Below, one piece after another: positions 49,421 to 62,875 of a stretch of DNA of 64,000 bases. How positions within the stretch are numbered: the stretch's first letter is position 1; every line of letters begins with the position of its first letter. The DNA lies in contig BDGG01000004.1 of the NCBI GenBank assembly GCA_001949185.1, positions 3,443,777-3,507,776 on the forward strand. The letters are read 5' to 3'. The DNA is from Ramazzottius varieornatus (Eukaryota > Animalia > Tardigrada). The position numbers were made by a program, and so were the translations under genes. The notes under the pieces are model-generated. The model was not told the origin of the DNA. It saw nothing but the letters and a program-made list of their open reading frames with translations, and searched no databases.

Positions 49421-52400
49421 TCAATCGTCTTTATCCTTGTGCGGTACCAGCTCAATCATTTTAAAGAGCTCGTCACAAGTTACGCCGAGGTACGTCGACA
49501 GATCGCATACGAAGCGGTACACGTATCTACGATGGAAGAGGGGTAATTAGGAGTAAAATGTTGATCGGAAAGACTGCGATAGTTTACCTCTTTCCGGCAG
49601 TTTTATGAATAATATTCTTGTCGTAGTAGTAACGGAGACCTCGGCTTAGCTTCTCATAATTCATTTTTGGCTTATTCTTGCGGATTCCCCACCGGCGCGC
49701 AACCTCGTCGGGGTCGAGTAATTTAAACTCCCAGCCATCACCTGTCCACGTAATGAAAGACTGGCAAAGCTTATCCGTCAGCAACTCCAAGAGGAATTGC
49801 CATAACTGTATCGGTCCACCTAAACAACGAAAGACGGTTATTTTCCACTAACAAGTCTTAGGGACGGTATCACAATGCCAAGACTGACCCGCAGCGGCTT
49901 GCAAAGGTAGCAGTTCGGAACTCTGAGGCGAGTGCTGATGCTGGAATGAGTGCTGGATGACGGAAGGAATAAAAGGCACAGAAGGGTCCAGCGGTAGATG
50001 CTGCATCTGCTGGTTCATCATACCAGACGGATGCGATGGGTGCTGGGGAGAAAGGTAGTCAGGAGCCGGGGAGTGAGTGCTGTAGTTCACCGCATTCTCA
50101 TTGATGCATGGGTAACTGGGCTGACAATATGCTTCCTCGTAGGGCGACACCGTACTCTGAGGTACTGCCGTGGGAGCCATGTCGTAGTGGCTACTGTTGA
50201 TGCTGTTGATGACGGTCTGCCGTTGAGAGCTGCTGATGACCATTCGATCCTTCTCGGCTTCTGAAACGCAACGCACATTGATGTATTTCCTCTGTGCTGA
50301 TTTTTCATTCTTGGCTCTTCAATCTTTTTGTGCACTCCAGATATTTTCAATTTCGAAGTTTCGATCAGGGTAATGAGATTGGCCACTTTTACAGACCTCG
50401 CCGGACAAAGTCAAAATGCTCATAGCATATTTCTCCTGTATACATTGGCAAAAGAGAAAGGAAATCCTCGCGACCCATCGAGCAGAGCTGTTGGCCAGTA
50501 AGGCGGTAAAGATGCAGGTTGATGTCTTCTAAGCGGTACTCGATCCGCAGCCAGTTCAGCCACTGGACAACCTGTTCCTCCGTCCAGAAGTACGGATCTA
50601 AAAACAGGAAAATCTAGTTAACCTATGATTGTCATAGCGTCGACAGTGGCGTAGGTCTTACTCACCTTTGGGCATGTTGTATCGGCAGCGGTCCTTCTCG
50701 AACTCGCTAAAGCTGTTATATAAGGCTTGGTTCATCTTTATCTTGGTTCCCGGCGTCAAAGGGAGGACAGCACAAGCAGATTCAGCTGAAAGAAAAAACA
50801 AACATGACAACAGTGCAGAAGATGGGCGTAAGATCAAAGCAACAGGCTTTTGCAGCTCGCCGCTGTAAAACCGTATACGATTATGCTGAGAAAACGAAAA
50901 CCATATTGTTGAACTGGATGAGCTGGTCGAACTACACGCATACTCGATACGGCTTATGGAAGGTCCAGTACATTTGTACAGCCAACCGAGGTCAATCATA
51001 CAAAAGGTCAAGTGATGTCAGTGCGTTCACAGCGCGGTACAGTATAACGTCACAAGGAGAGAGTGCCACGACTAAAATGCTCTATCAACGACCCAACCGT
51101 CTGGAAAATATGGTACCGAAATACATAAAGAACCCGACTTCTTCCAGAATTCCTTTAATAGTTCGCAAGAGGACATACCGGAGCCTTGTGGAGAATGACT
51201 TCCACCGGGACACCGCAAAAGCATATTCGCTACCATATGGCTTGTAAGGAAGGCGGACTGTCTAACCAAGGGCTTTCGAATTGGCACACTAGATTCTTGG
51301 GTCGGCCCTGCCCTAAATATTGGCCGAAAGATGTTGACCACAAGAATGCAGGAAAAGGTGTGATCGCAAGAATTAACATTCAACAATCCATTGTAACTTT
51401 GCGCACGCAAAACGAATGGCCGTCGCGACGTCAATCAATATAAAGAGATCAATATTCAAACGCCGCAAGTTGAATTCTCAATACCCAACCCAGTCTTTAG
51501 TATGCGCGGCTGAATTCATTTTTAACCGACATCAAAAGTTGATAGTAGGAAGACAGTCGAAAGACAAGAACTGCAATCCCACCCAAGCTGTACAAATCCG
51601 ACTGACGCGTGTTTTTCCTATCGCTCCTCAACTGACTATATTCCCGTATCTCACAACGCAGACAGGCCAGTCGGTGCTGCCCATCTTTCATGAAGAAAAT
51701 AATTTTATCTGATGGTACACTACACCACGTTGGGTACATAGTCCAGATTGACTGAAAGCGAAAAAGCAACTAAACATGTTTGGGCCTTGTCACCACACAA
51801 AAGCACGTAATTGCCCACTGTTCTTGGCAGCTCGCGAGAGGCGACCCATTGCGATATCACATCAGTTCTCAATCACAAGTGTGAATTAGTCAGTCCAGAC
51901 TATCAAATGCACTCAACTGTAAGGGCTACGCTGGATGGATGGAGGAGATCCAGAGCCGGGCTTTGTGATGACAAGCCCAAGCAAGTCATCAGAATAACTT
52001 ATCATACGCCAAGCAGGGATGGTAGGGGAACGGTAAAGTTCCCATCAAGGCAGCAGATCTCTTCCAGATAACACAAGAGGTGATAGCATTAATCGAAATG
52101 ATCGGAAAGGGTTCAAATGTCTACATGCAGACGACGAGATAACAAACAACTTCGGTACACGTATATAACTTCTCCGAAGAGTGACCTCGGGAGCGCCTCC
52201 ATCAATCAACGATGCAAAAAAGCTGTCCCACGTGCACCGCCAATCTTTCTTCTAATCGCGAAATCTGGCAAAAGCTGGACGAACAAAAAGCAGCACACAA
52301 AGACAGGTTGAATATTTCCCAAATAAAAAATAAAATTAGAATAAAATAACACTCGGTCTGTTTTGCTCGCCGAGAGCGATAAAACGTCGGCAAGCGATAC

Positions 52401-55400
52401 ACAAGACTGAGGTCAGTTTTGACGGTTGCAACGGAAATCGGACTGACCACATCCGTTCGCCAACAAACACGAGTGCTATATACAAAGAGCTGTGCCAGAG
52501 TATAGTAGAGCTCGGTGGAGAACTGTGCTCAAGAGGCTCGACGGGAGGAACGAGTACAAAGGGCTAGGAGGTGGCTAGCCCAATCTTCAGGTGGGTATTA
52601 TCAACGGGGTAATCTATCGCTAATTTGGATGACCGAGCCCGGAGCCTCACTTGATCATGCTGCCACTCGACCACAACAACAGATACAATGTTAGGAGCTA
52701 CAGCTACACTACAAAGAGCCCAAGCCTCCATGGTTCAAGAGCTAAGCTATTTAATCTACATTATAATCGCTTTGCTATTTGGTTGTTACACTTTGTTTGC
52801 CAGCTCGCTGCTGTAACAGTAGGTAACGTTGGCCGGTGGACACTGCACGCTGACGGCAGCGAAATACGTAACTTGGGAGCTGGGCAAATGAACGGAACCA
52901 TTCGGTCATTTCAAGTGGCGCACCGTCTCATTTTTATTGGCTGGAAGCGTGCACCACTTGGATAGCGATCCTGCCGAATTTATTTGTTTCCCCCAGTGGC
53001 GCACCTTTACAGCGTTATTGGCTGGGAAGGTGCGCCAGTTGGGGAAAACGATCTGCGACGGGAGCGATACGTAACTCTAGTACGGAGGGTTCTTTACGTG
53101 GTGTTTCTGCAGGTGTTTTGCTTTGACTTGATCGTAGTATTGCTCCTTTTGTGGCGGATCGTTTCATGCCGACCATGACCCATTGTTATCATGCTGTTCA
53201 ATATAAGTTTGCCCAGCCCTCTTTGCAGTACAGGCAGTAATCTCCGAGTACATGCTCTGTTTGGGTGGGGTCAAGTGGACTTCGTCCCTCAATGAACGCG
53301 TTTTACACCGGCAGTATAAAATGCTAATATATTGCGCTGCACCGTCAATCAAGCGTTCAACATTCACACCATTCATTCCTCTATACCGTACAGTACTTCC
53401 CAAAACGCGAACCGAATTTTGTGGAGAATAAAAAAACCTCCGAACCTTCCGGCTGTGAACTGTGAAGATATGATTCCGAAATTTACCCTTAAGTTCATCT
53501 GAGCACGACCAGACTGTATGGTTACTGTAGCATCTTCAAGGAAACCTGATTGTCTCCTGAATAAACAGCGAGTCGCTCTTCAAGACCTGCTTCAAGCACA
53601 TCTCGTGTCTTTCTGCATGTAAATATGAAGCGTCTAACTTATAACTTTGTGAATCTTAATTACTTTCAACTGCATCGTTGGTCAACTTTGTTGCAATATA
53701 AGCTCGGCAGACTGCGTTGGTTAGCACGTTGTGAGGGACAGGGACCATACGGACACTGCACAGAGGAGGTCTTGAGAGGTTTCAAGATGGCTTCCAAGAG
53801 GTATTTGCCTTATCATCTTCAGCCGTGGACATTAGCCAGATGAGACACAATTAAAGTTGCCTGTCCATTAAAGTTGCAAGAAGTGAAGTTTAAAAGGCGT
53901 AACGTGCAGAGCGTTAAGATGGCTGGTACAAGAGTGGTGAAGCCCGAGCTGTGGCGCCAACAATGGGCTACTACGGGTGGAGCGTGGCCCGACGGATATG
54001 CATGATACCCGACACCAGCCATCCACTCTGCCGGCGCACAGGATAATGCCCATCCACTAGCCAGATTACCGCGCCAGCCTTACAATGAAACCATTTTTTA
54101 TGGTGTAACGAGTTAAGTCAGCTTACACGCTCTGACACGATCTGCCCAAACGTCAAATCATTGTGACAAGTCAGCAGACTCGTAGCTAAATGGGGAAAAA
54201 CCCCTGCTCACCTGCGATCACACACTCCTAAACTTGAAAAACTTCGACGTATGGCATCAGTATCATTATTTTTGTGATTGATCTCCGGATCGACTTATGA
54301 AAATTTCTGTTTTTTCTGTTTTCTCTTTTCTGCCTACAAAGTTACGAGACGTGGTGAGACTTACCGAGTGAGTTCTCGTCGTAAAGTTCAGATTGCCGTG
54401 GGACCGATGGAACCGTCTGGAACTCGTTACCGGTGTTGTAGGCGGAAGGATCAGGGTAAAGGCTTCTGTCAGACGCGGAAGAAGTGGAAGCCATCGAAGG
54501 AACCGCGAATTCGGTCTTGATGGTCATCCTCTTGTATGGATGGACCCGTCCAGCCGGCCCAGGAGAGGAAGTACCGTGGAAGGTTGGAACCATGGATGGA
54601 GTCGAGGATGTAGGCTGATCTTGAGTCCAGTAGAGAGTGTGCTTCACCTTCCGGTTATTTTCCTGTGAAGCAGATAACTCTTGGTCCGGGAATATTAAGG
54701 CCAACAAGATATACAAAAGCAAAATCTAAGGTTTTTCGACCCACCAGCTCAAGCGAACTGTAGCCGTAGTCTGTCACTACATGATGACACTTGTTGCTTT
54801 GCTTGTGAAAGAAGTACACAGAGGAATAATATGCACTGGCTTGCCGGGCTGAGTCAAGAGATTAAGGAAATATTATTGTGAAACAAAATGGACAGTTGTG
54901 ACGCCTGTAAATCATGGCCGAAACCTTATCAAGGAATTCAAACAGCGTGTCGGCTTGGCATGCTCCATTTCACTTTTTTGTTGCAATCCATATATAATCT
55001 TCTTCGTGTCAGGTTCATACCGTATTTTGACGCCCATAGCGAACTCTTTCCCCGTATGCTATTCACAAACTGGTATTTCAAACTACACTGTAGTTTCCAC
55101 GCAAGTGTATCGTTGCTGTATTTAAAATTTTGACATTCGAAAAGAACAATGGCCTTAGTGTAGGAAACTTCGAAAAGGTCAACTGCCACCAGGAACGTTT
55201 CACAGTGGACTCTGACAATAGTTCCGCCTGATAAGGATAATTGCTTGTTCTCACCAGGTGATGGCGCTTATTATACGCTAATGAACTCGCTGAATGAGGG
55301 CAAACAGTACATTACAAAGATTCTCGCTGTGATACTGCAAAGCCTTGTCATGATCCGCCCTTTAATTACAATATACAGGGACGCCTTCCGAAGGTTTCCT

Positions 55401-57924
55401 TGGCCTTTGAAAATTGGCAATAGGTAGCTTGGTGTCCGTAAACTGCTTCATATTTACATGCGAAGCAAAATGTAAATTAAATGTTGCACATTCGTATTGG
55501 TTCTCAAGAAAATTAGACTGATATTCGGTAACCTAGGTTTAACGAGGTCAGTCTTTGATGACGCCTCATAATACTTAAATTAGCCGGTACGCTCCAAGAC
55601 CGACTAATTTAACCTGGAGAAAAAGGGTCCACAAACTTCACTCATAATGCTGCTTGAGGCTGGGAAATAAAACTACATAATTTGTGGTGATGGTGGACAA
55701 GGGTCGAATGGACACTATACTTAGGCTTTTTAGACAAAATTAATACGGTAATCCTCTCATTTCAGAGGTTCGGGGTGTGGTGCAGAACCAAGTGGCGTCA
55801 TTCGCCAGCAAACCGAACACCAATTTGTGAAGTGTGGGTACAAATTGGTGCGTGAGATTCAGTGCCCAGGGGTATAAAAGGGATCGGCTGTGGGCTTGTA
55901 ACAGTCTGGGAACATTTCAAGTTTGGGCAACTATGAAAAAGGGCCAGCGTTTTTATAGGTATAATTATCGGACCGCTCGATTCGCAGTTGAGTGATTGCA
56001 AAGTTGAACATCGCCCATTCTTCTCTTAGGTGGAGACCAAGTCTTCCAGACATGGTTAAATGGCGGTGCGGCGACTTGATCGGTTATTTCACAGGCCACT
56101 GCTTGGCCCTGCTCATTACACTGCCCACTGTCCATGAAGACAAAAGGGGGTCTGCAAATACGTCATTGTTATAGAGGGCCATTTTGCTGCCCCTTTAATG
56201 TCTTTCGCAACGGCCCAGTGACGATTATTACCCCTGTCAAGCTCCATTCATTCATCTTTTCTGGCAGTTTCCAGGACCCCGATTATCCGTTAGAAAGTTG
56301 CCCTTCTTCTCACTTAACGTTTCCTTACACATGTGAACCTAAGCTTGCATATCGAGCAGTGTTCAAACATAGGAAACTTTTAATGACAGTAAAGCCCCTT
56401 TTCCCTTCGATCAAACCGGACACTCCTTCGTATTATATGGGCAAATATACACCGTAATCCCTCTTACATCTTATCCATCAATGAAATTCTTTTGATACAG
56501 AATTCGTATTTGCTCTGGATATGACTCGTAACAGTGTTCGAACTGTGAAGAAAGCTGGGCAAAATGTGCGAGAGGAAGACTGTAAAATGGATCAGCCGGG
56601 AGGCAAACACATGTGGAGTGGACAACGCCCAGAACCAAATCGTTTCCCTAAGTGGCGCACACTTCCAGCCAGAAGCAATGAAAAGGTGCGCCACTTACGA
56701 TATTGATCTGGCTCACATGCGGAGTGGACAACGCCCAGTTACAGCACCACACAGTCTCCCCCTTTATGATAGCGATATGGGGTAATCAATCGTCAAGAAT
56801 ATACGTGACAAGTAACTGCCATTACTGTCTTCACGTTACGGCATCAACTGCGAGAAGCAACCTGCTTCATCCCATCAACACGACGCGCCGGACCGTGCCC
56901 AGTTAATAAAACCATCATCTGCCATTCTCTTTTTACCCGCTTTACCCTCCCCGACTATCAAGAATTTGTTAACAGGGAAGTGTGAAAAGATCTAGCCTCT
57001 TGAGTGACAAGAACATAAAGAAATGGACACGCTTCTCTGCTCATCATTTCTTTGTCAATGAATGACATTACACGGTGCGGGGGCTTCTGTTGCAGCCTCC
57101 CAAGACACGTGCTCATCATTATGAGCTTCACTTGTTCGTGATAACACCAGCATAATGAGCCTGCTGGAGACCTCCTGCTGAAAATGTTTGGAACACAAGA
57201 AACAAAAGAAGAAGCTTGATTGATTAACCAATCATATCAGAATTGATTGAAGCAGGGCGAGGCGCAGACATGAGGTTCGCCAAGAAATGTGACTTCGCAG
57301 CTGACTGTGAATGATTCGAGGTAAGCTACTCTCATCCCAAGAAACTACGAAACACAATACTGATGTAACGTTGCAGACACATAAAATCATAATTCAGTTT
57401 GACGGTTCCAGAAACGAATATATTTTGACGATTACACGAGCGATCAATTCTCGGCCAACGACCACGCCCAAGTTTCATGACCTTTCGCAAATAATGTAGT
57501 TTGGACTCTTCCTCCTTTGGAAGAGCTGTTTTGGCACGGTTTGTTCCCAAAGTTGAAACTACGAAACTGAGGACCGGTTATCACGTACCGTTGAAACGCT
57601 AGGATCCAGGTGAGGAAGCTGACTCTCCCTCGTGTTTTACAGACTTGGCTAATTATCCGTTTTAACGAGGTTCACTCCATTAGTGGCCGTTTAATTAACG
57701 TATCACCCGACATAGGTAACCTTCTTCTCTCTCGCATCGGGAGCAAACATCCAAGCAGGGCGGTGAAAGAGCTCTTCAGGTATCCTATACACTAATCTCG
57801 CTTAGTGGCTGGCAAGGCGGCTATAAGTCTATGCTGGTGATCGTCTATTGTTTCATCCCCGAATTGACTTAGGAGTTAATCCACTTACCTCGCGATAGAC
57901 GGGAGTACAATAGTCGAAGTCCAT
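49421..57924 (-). CDS. pnt: Pointed/ETS1-ETS2-like transcription factor (PNT + ETS domains); putative exons 57924-57889, 54662-54365, 50785-50666, then four more down to 49421
   Basis: ETS domain [77 protein letters not shown]|YVYRFVCDL; MAPK site LPLTPGT; PNT domain [16 protein letters not shown]...[28 protein letters not shown]. The two upstream exons are inferred from splice-phase fit only. Confidence 0.9.
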
Positions 57925-60055
57925 ATCCAAGCTTGATCCCGTGATCGATGGTCCACTTGGAAACTGATCCTGGTCAACCTGTTGAGTTCAAGGATTCAGC
58001 TTCACGTCGTTGGAGAGGAAGAATCTATCGGCAGACAAAAAGAAGACGTTGTGAGAAAGCAGGCAAGTGCTGACAGGAAATAGACCTGAGAAAATGGTCA
58101 AGAGGATTTCTGAATGAGTGAGTGCCAGTTTTAAACTATAGTATATGGTCCATACCAACCGACAAAAACGTGGAGCTCTAACGAAGCCGCCTCCTTAAAG
58201 CATGACCATTGTCCAAGCTAGCCGCGGCCGTAAACTTCCCAATGGATTTAATTCCTGCAATAAAATAGTTTTAACACCGATTCTTGGACAAGTGTCTTAA
58301 CAGTTACAACTGAAGGCATAATTTGGAAATTTCTCTGTACGAGTACCTTATCGTGGTCGATGGCTGACTCATCCTACCAAGTGTAATTTTAGATGGCCAA
58401 TGGCCGGTGAGGAAGGTTGTCCGTTTCGGGCTTTCAGCTCACTTGGTGCAGTAGATGGACTTTGGTCAGCCTTCTTCATTTTGATGAATGAACGGCCAAT
58501 CTTGATAGCTGCAAGTAGACAATCGGTTGGCCACATGTGGGAACGTCGGGAGACGGGTATCGCTGCACGTGTTGCTTGGTTAGGTTGACCGTTCCGCGCC
58601 GGTATTTATTCGCAGGAGTATTTATGGTCTGGTCAGTGTCAATAACTGCAATTTAAACCTTTTATCTTTGTTAGTGAGCAACACGGAATGCAGAAAGCAG
58701 AACATAGCCTCAATGGAATTAACAAGTAACATATTACTTGCCTTGTTCCAAACACAGCTCACTTTCGCCGTTCTGCTCCTCTACTTCCCTGTTGAATCCT
58801 TGATCATTCTCAGTCCTCTTTGCTTTGCGAATATGCTCTGTGGAGACGCTAGTTGACCAATGAGCGAAGTTGAATGTGAAGACCTGTTCTAATCTGTAAC
58901 AGAAAAGTCGATGAATACCCCTTTTGAAAAATAATTCGAACTCTTGTCCCATCATTGCAACAGGTGCACGAGAAAGATCGCCACAGAAATTAATTAGGTA
59001 TCAATTGTAAATGTTATGGTCAGCCACCACATAAGCTCACACACGTGCCTTGAATAGTTTGAGGCCAACAGAAATACCAAAAAGTAGAAAAAGTTCCCAA
59101 TAAGAAGTAATATAGTTATCGAGAAAGGTTTTTGTGGAGGCTTCCGGTCGAATAAAATACAGTACCATTCATTTGCTTTTAACATCAATCCCAGCTGAAA
59201 CTAAGATGGAATAATTACAATGGTAACCTGATAAGATGCTGAAACAGTGAAGTCCATCGAGCATGAATCCCATGTCGTGATTTACAGACTCTCTGCTTGC
59301 TCTTCTGCTCTTCCTTATCTTGATCCCAGGAGCAAGCCTCATCAGATTGAACTCTTGTTCACATCGGCTTTACAGCGCCGTTCTCGTTCATCGGCCACCT
59401 CGCATCTCCATCGTACTTCAATGGGATGCTGTACAATAACACTCTAATTCCAAATTAAGACTTCTACGTGGTAAATGGTCCATATCGTCGGTACCCGAGT
59501 AACTCGACTTGATTATCTCGATGCCGCCGCCGCCGAGCCCAACTTCCCGGTTTCGGCTCCTGTGAATATTCACTCGACACCGATGTGACTTGTCCACGCC
59601 ACAGCCAGCGGCTTGAGTTTCGTTATTTTGATTGGAATATTTCCAACCTTTGTGAGTGCCGCTACAGCAATTGCCTGGCACGGACACTGGTCTTCTCCAC
59701 TCCGAAAGACAGAGTATATACAAGCAAAAGCATCATATGCAAGCGAATCTGAATCAAATCTGGATATGAGTGATTTCAGTTTTCAGCTTTTGATCGTGGG
59801 CTCACAAAAAAAGACTAACGAAAAACCTCTTCCAACATTTTCGCACCCTATCTGTGTAGAACATCAACACGGAGGACGGTAAGACTGTCCCATATTCCAA
59901 TGGTCAGCTTTGCGAGTGCATACTGTAGTTTCCTTTCGACTTCAGTTTCCTTTCGACCTTCGATAAATGGGATATCGGCAAATACTAATCACCCAGATCG
60001 TTATTTCAAGTGGCGCACACTTTCATTGTCATTGCGCGAGAGTATGCGCCGCTCG
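52912..60055. repeat. Dispersed inverted-repeat element AGTGGCGCAC-N25-GTGCGCCACT, 4 copies (52912-52960, 52986-53049, 56649-56697 inverted, about 60007-60055)
   Basis: Arms and the exactly 25-nt spacers were read directly; the spacers are related to each other (TCATT..TTATTGGCTGGAAG). Confidence 0.8.
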
Positions 60056-60280
60056 GAAAACCATCAGGATGTATTCGTTTGCCGATGTCTCAAATAGCAC
60101 CGCAGAATCTTAACGAAAAAGTGCGACGAGAAAGTAGACATGAAAGTTTATTCTTCCGCGACCCAGACATCAATACTGCTGGAAACTACAATCAAAAAGG
60201 AATAATGTTAATCGATAAAAAAATGTTACCAAGTTGAAGCGTGGCGCCCAAACATGAAAAGCTAAAATAATCTTTCTACC

Positions 60281-62875
60281 TCAGCTTTCCATTGGTCCTT
60301 CTTGGTGTTGCTTGTCCCCGCATACGAACTCGTCTTCTTCGGGACACTTGCCCATCCACTGTCCAAGCGATCGCGTCACCGACAGAAAGAACTTGCTCTT
60401 CGCTCGGTAGTCCAGACTAGCCGCCTTCAAGTCAGCATACGCCACTACCGAGTTCGTGTACATCTTCGCCAGCTCCTTCAACGCCTCCGGGAACTTCTTT
60501 GTCTTCTTTTGAAACTCCACCAGCACGTGCCGGAACAACACTGCAAAACTTTTCTTGGTCAGCTCTGACGACTTGCCCGAAGTCAGCAGGCCATTTGTCG
60601 TGTTAATAAACTCCTCCGTAGCAGAATCCGAACCGACGCCCATCAACCACACGAAAGCGGACATTGGCTTGAAGCTCTTCAAATCGAACCGACTGGCTTC
60701 AGGGAAGTCTCTAGCGTCACTACAGATTTCTGGACAAACCAGAGGGAACTCAAAAAAGGATTCCTGTCCTTCTTCCTTCATCACTTCCGGTAAGATGCGT
60801 TCGTACAGCCCAGAAGCCATTCCTGAAAGTCTTTCGGGAGTTTGTATGGAGATGGTTTGTAGGAAGACTGGGTGAATGAAGTTCGATGCTAAGCTTCCCT
60901 GAATACCCACGACGAGTCTTCTGAGAATCTTGTCGGAAGCGGACATAACACGAAGCTTAGCCCGACCTTCTGTTAAATCAGCTAGCGCGGGAGGATACTC
61001 GACGTTGTCGTCCACAGGGTAACAGGAAGTGGTAGCCAGTTCGCCGCTGATGAAATGGAAGCGAGTGCTTACCGAAATAATTTTGAGGTCTTTGATGTCT
61101 TCCGTTATGGTATTTCGATCTGTGTTACTGTCTCGTGTTGTGGCTGAGGTGCTCTTGAAAGTAGAGCATGAACCCGACGGGCAGTGGCTGATGAATAGGT
61201 GGAAACCTATGTCTTCTTTGAGCTCAAGCTTTCCTGTTTCTGAAAAGCCTCTAAAAATGCTTTCCTGCCCTGACAGGAATGACTGTGCTTGTTGCAAGAG
61301 ATACCGACGGGTTGCGCGAAGAACTAGGACTTCTGCCTGGGAATCTTTGAGTGTACGACCTCGAGCTGAGAGATACTTCCGGTATATGACAGACGAACCG
61401 GAAGCTACTGAAATCGTTGTTAGTACACCTGCTTGCGAAAGGCATACAGCTGCAACGCTGCCCAAGTCGATATACTCGATCTGGCTCGTTCCGGCATGCT
61501 TGCAGTAGACTTCTTCTAGCTTTCTGAAGACTAGAAGGTCCATTTGTGATGCGAATGTACGCCACTGCGAACTTTCCTCCACGAGTTCGACAGTAGAGAG
61601 TTCTAAACACAGACCGGAGGTGGTTACTTTTCATAAGCACACCAGACCCGATTTCATCCTAGCCCTTACCGGTTTCTATCTTGCTATCTGCACTGCTGAC
61701 AGACGTCTGCAGGTGGCTGCTCCTCCAGGCAATTGGAAGGATGTCGAGCAGCCAGTTTAGGAACTGAGCGCATACATTCTGCTTAGCTGCTTTCTTCGCA
61801 TGGGACACTCCGTAGAACGATGTGTCCACAAACCGTAGCTGGAAGGCGAAGTACCGGTCGCCAACGTCTAGCTCCACAGGCAGGTCCAGCGAGCAACGAT
61901 CCTTCTCCTCTATGACGAGAGGAAGAACGAACATGGCTGCGATCCTCTGCGCCAGATTCACCGTGTCCGTCGGCGACATCCCTTGCTTCGAAAGATCCTG
62001 CAGACGATCCAGTTCGGTGATCGATAAAGAGCGAATGCGCTCCACTACTGCCAGGAACGTCTTTACCGAAGCGACCGCTGGTACAGTGAGGTAGGCTCCG
62101 ATCACTGGAGTGCTGACCAGAGGGCTTTCGGGGCTCGGAGGATTCTGCGGTTCCTGCTTTGGCTCAGTGACTTCCGCCGGAGTGATGGCTTGCTCTGCCT
62201 CACCATCTGTAAGCATCTTTGTTAAAAGTAATATTTCAGGTTTCCGGGACAATATCACTCACCTTCCGAACCTTCTGCAGTGGTTGGAAAATGTCCGGTT
62301 TGTATGGCGATCCTCAAACCCTCTACTGCGGCCCGAGCAGCTTCCTCTTTAGCCTGTTTTTTGCTTCTTCCACTTCCGCGAAATTCCAAACCTCTGACAG
62401 TCGCTGTTATGGTGAAAAACGGCTCATGCCCCTACGGCAAGATAACAAGCAAAATAGATCGTGGAACAGTGCAAATACGATGCAAATTTGGTATGAGACT
62501 ATGGATGATCTTCTCGTAATGTTTCATAGTGATATCTCACCGATCCATCCGAACTTGTGGTTGCATATACAACGTCGAATCTGCATTCATTCAAGACGCC
62601 TGCGCAACAAGAAGAATACGCGATTATTAACGCACCGAGTCACTGACATGGAGGGAATGCCGTTTATACTCACTGATGGGATTCCGATCCGCAGGTGCGG
62701 AAAGATACTGCAGAAATCGCTGCAGTGGCAGGTCGAATGCCCGTTTTCTAGATTTGGCCGGTCGCTCGTCGGTAGAGGGGAAACGACGGCGCTTCTGTCG
62801 CGGCTCCGGTTGAGGTTGTCCGGTTCCCTTCGAATCATCGTCGAAAATGTCCAGCTCGAACACGTTTTCCGCCAT
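60281..62875 (-). CDS. ADAR-like protein: 2 dsRNA-binding domains + catalytically inactive adenosine deaminase domain (ADAD/ADR-1-like)
   Basis: NLS-like RQKRRR; dsRBD1 NPI|SVLNECRFDVVY...GS|GHEPFFTITATVRGLEFRGSGRSKKQAKEEAARAAV; dsRBD2 ...FYGVSHAKKAAKQNVC; deaminase DSQAEV, FHLFISHCPSG, VMSASDKILRRLVVGIQGSL; in-frame stop just upstream of ATG 62875. Confidence 0.92.
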
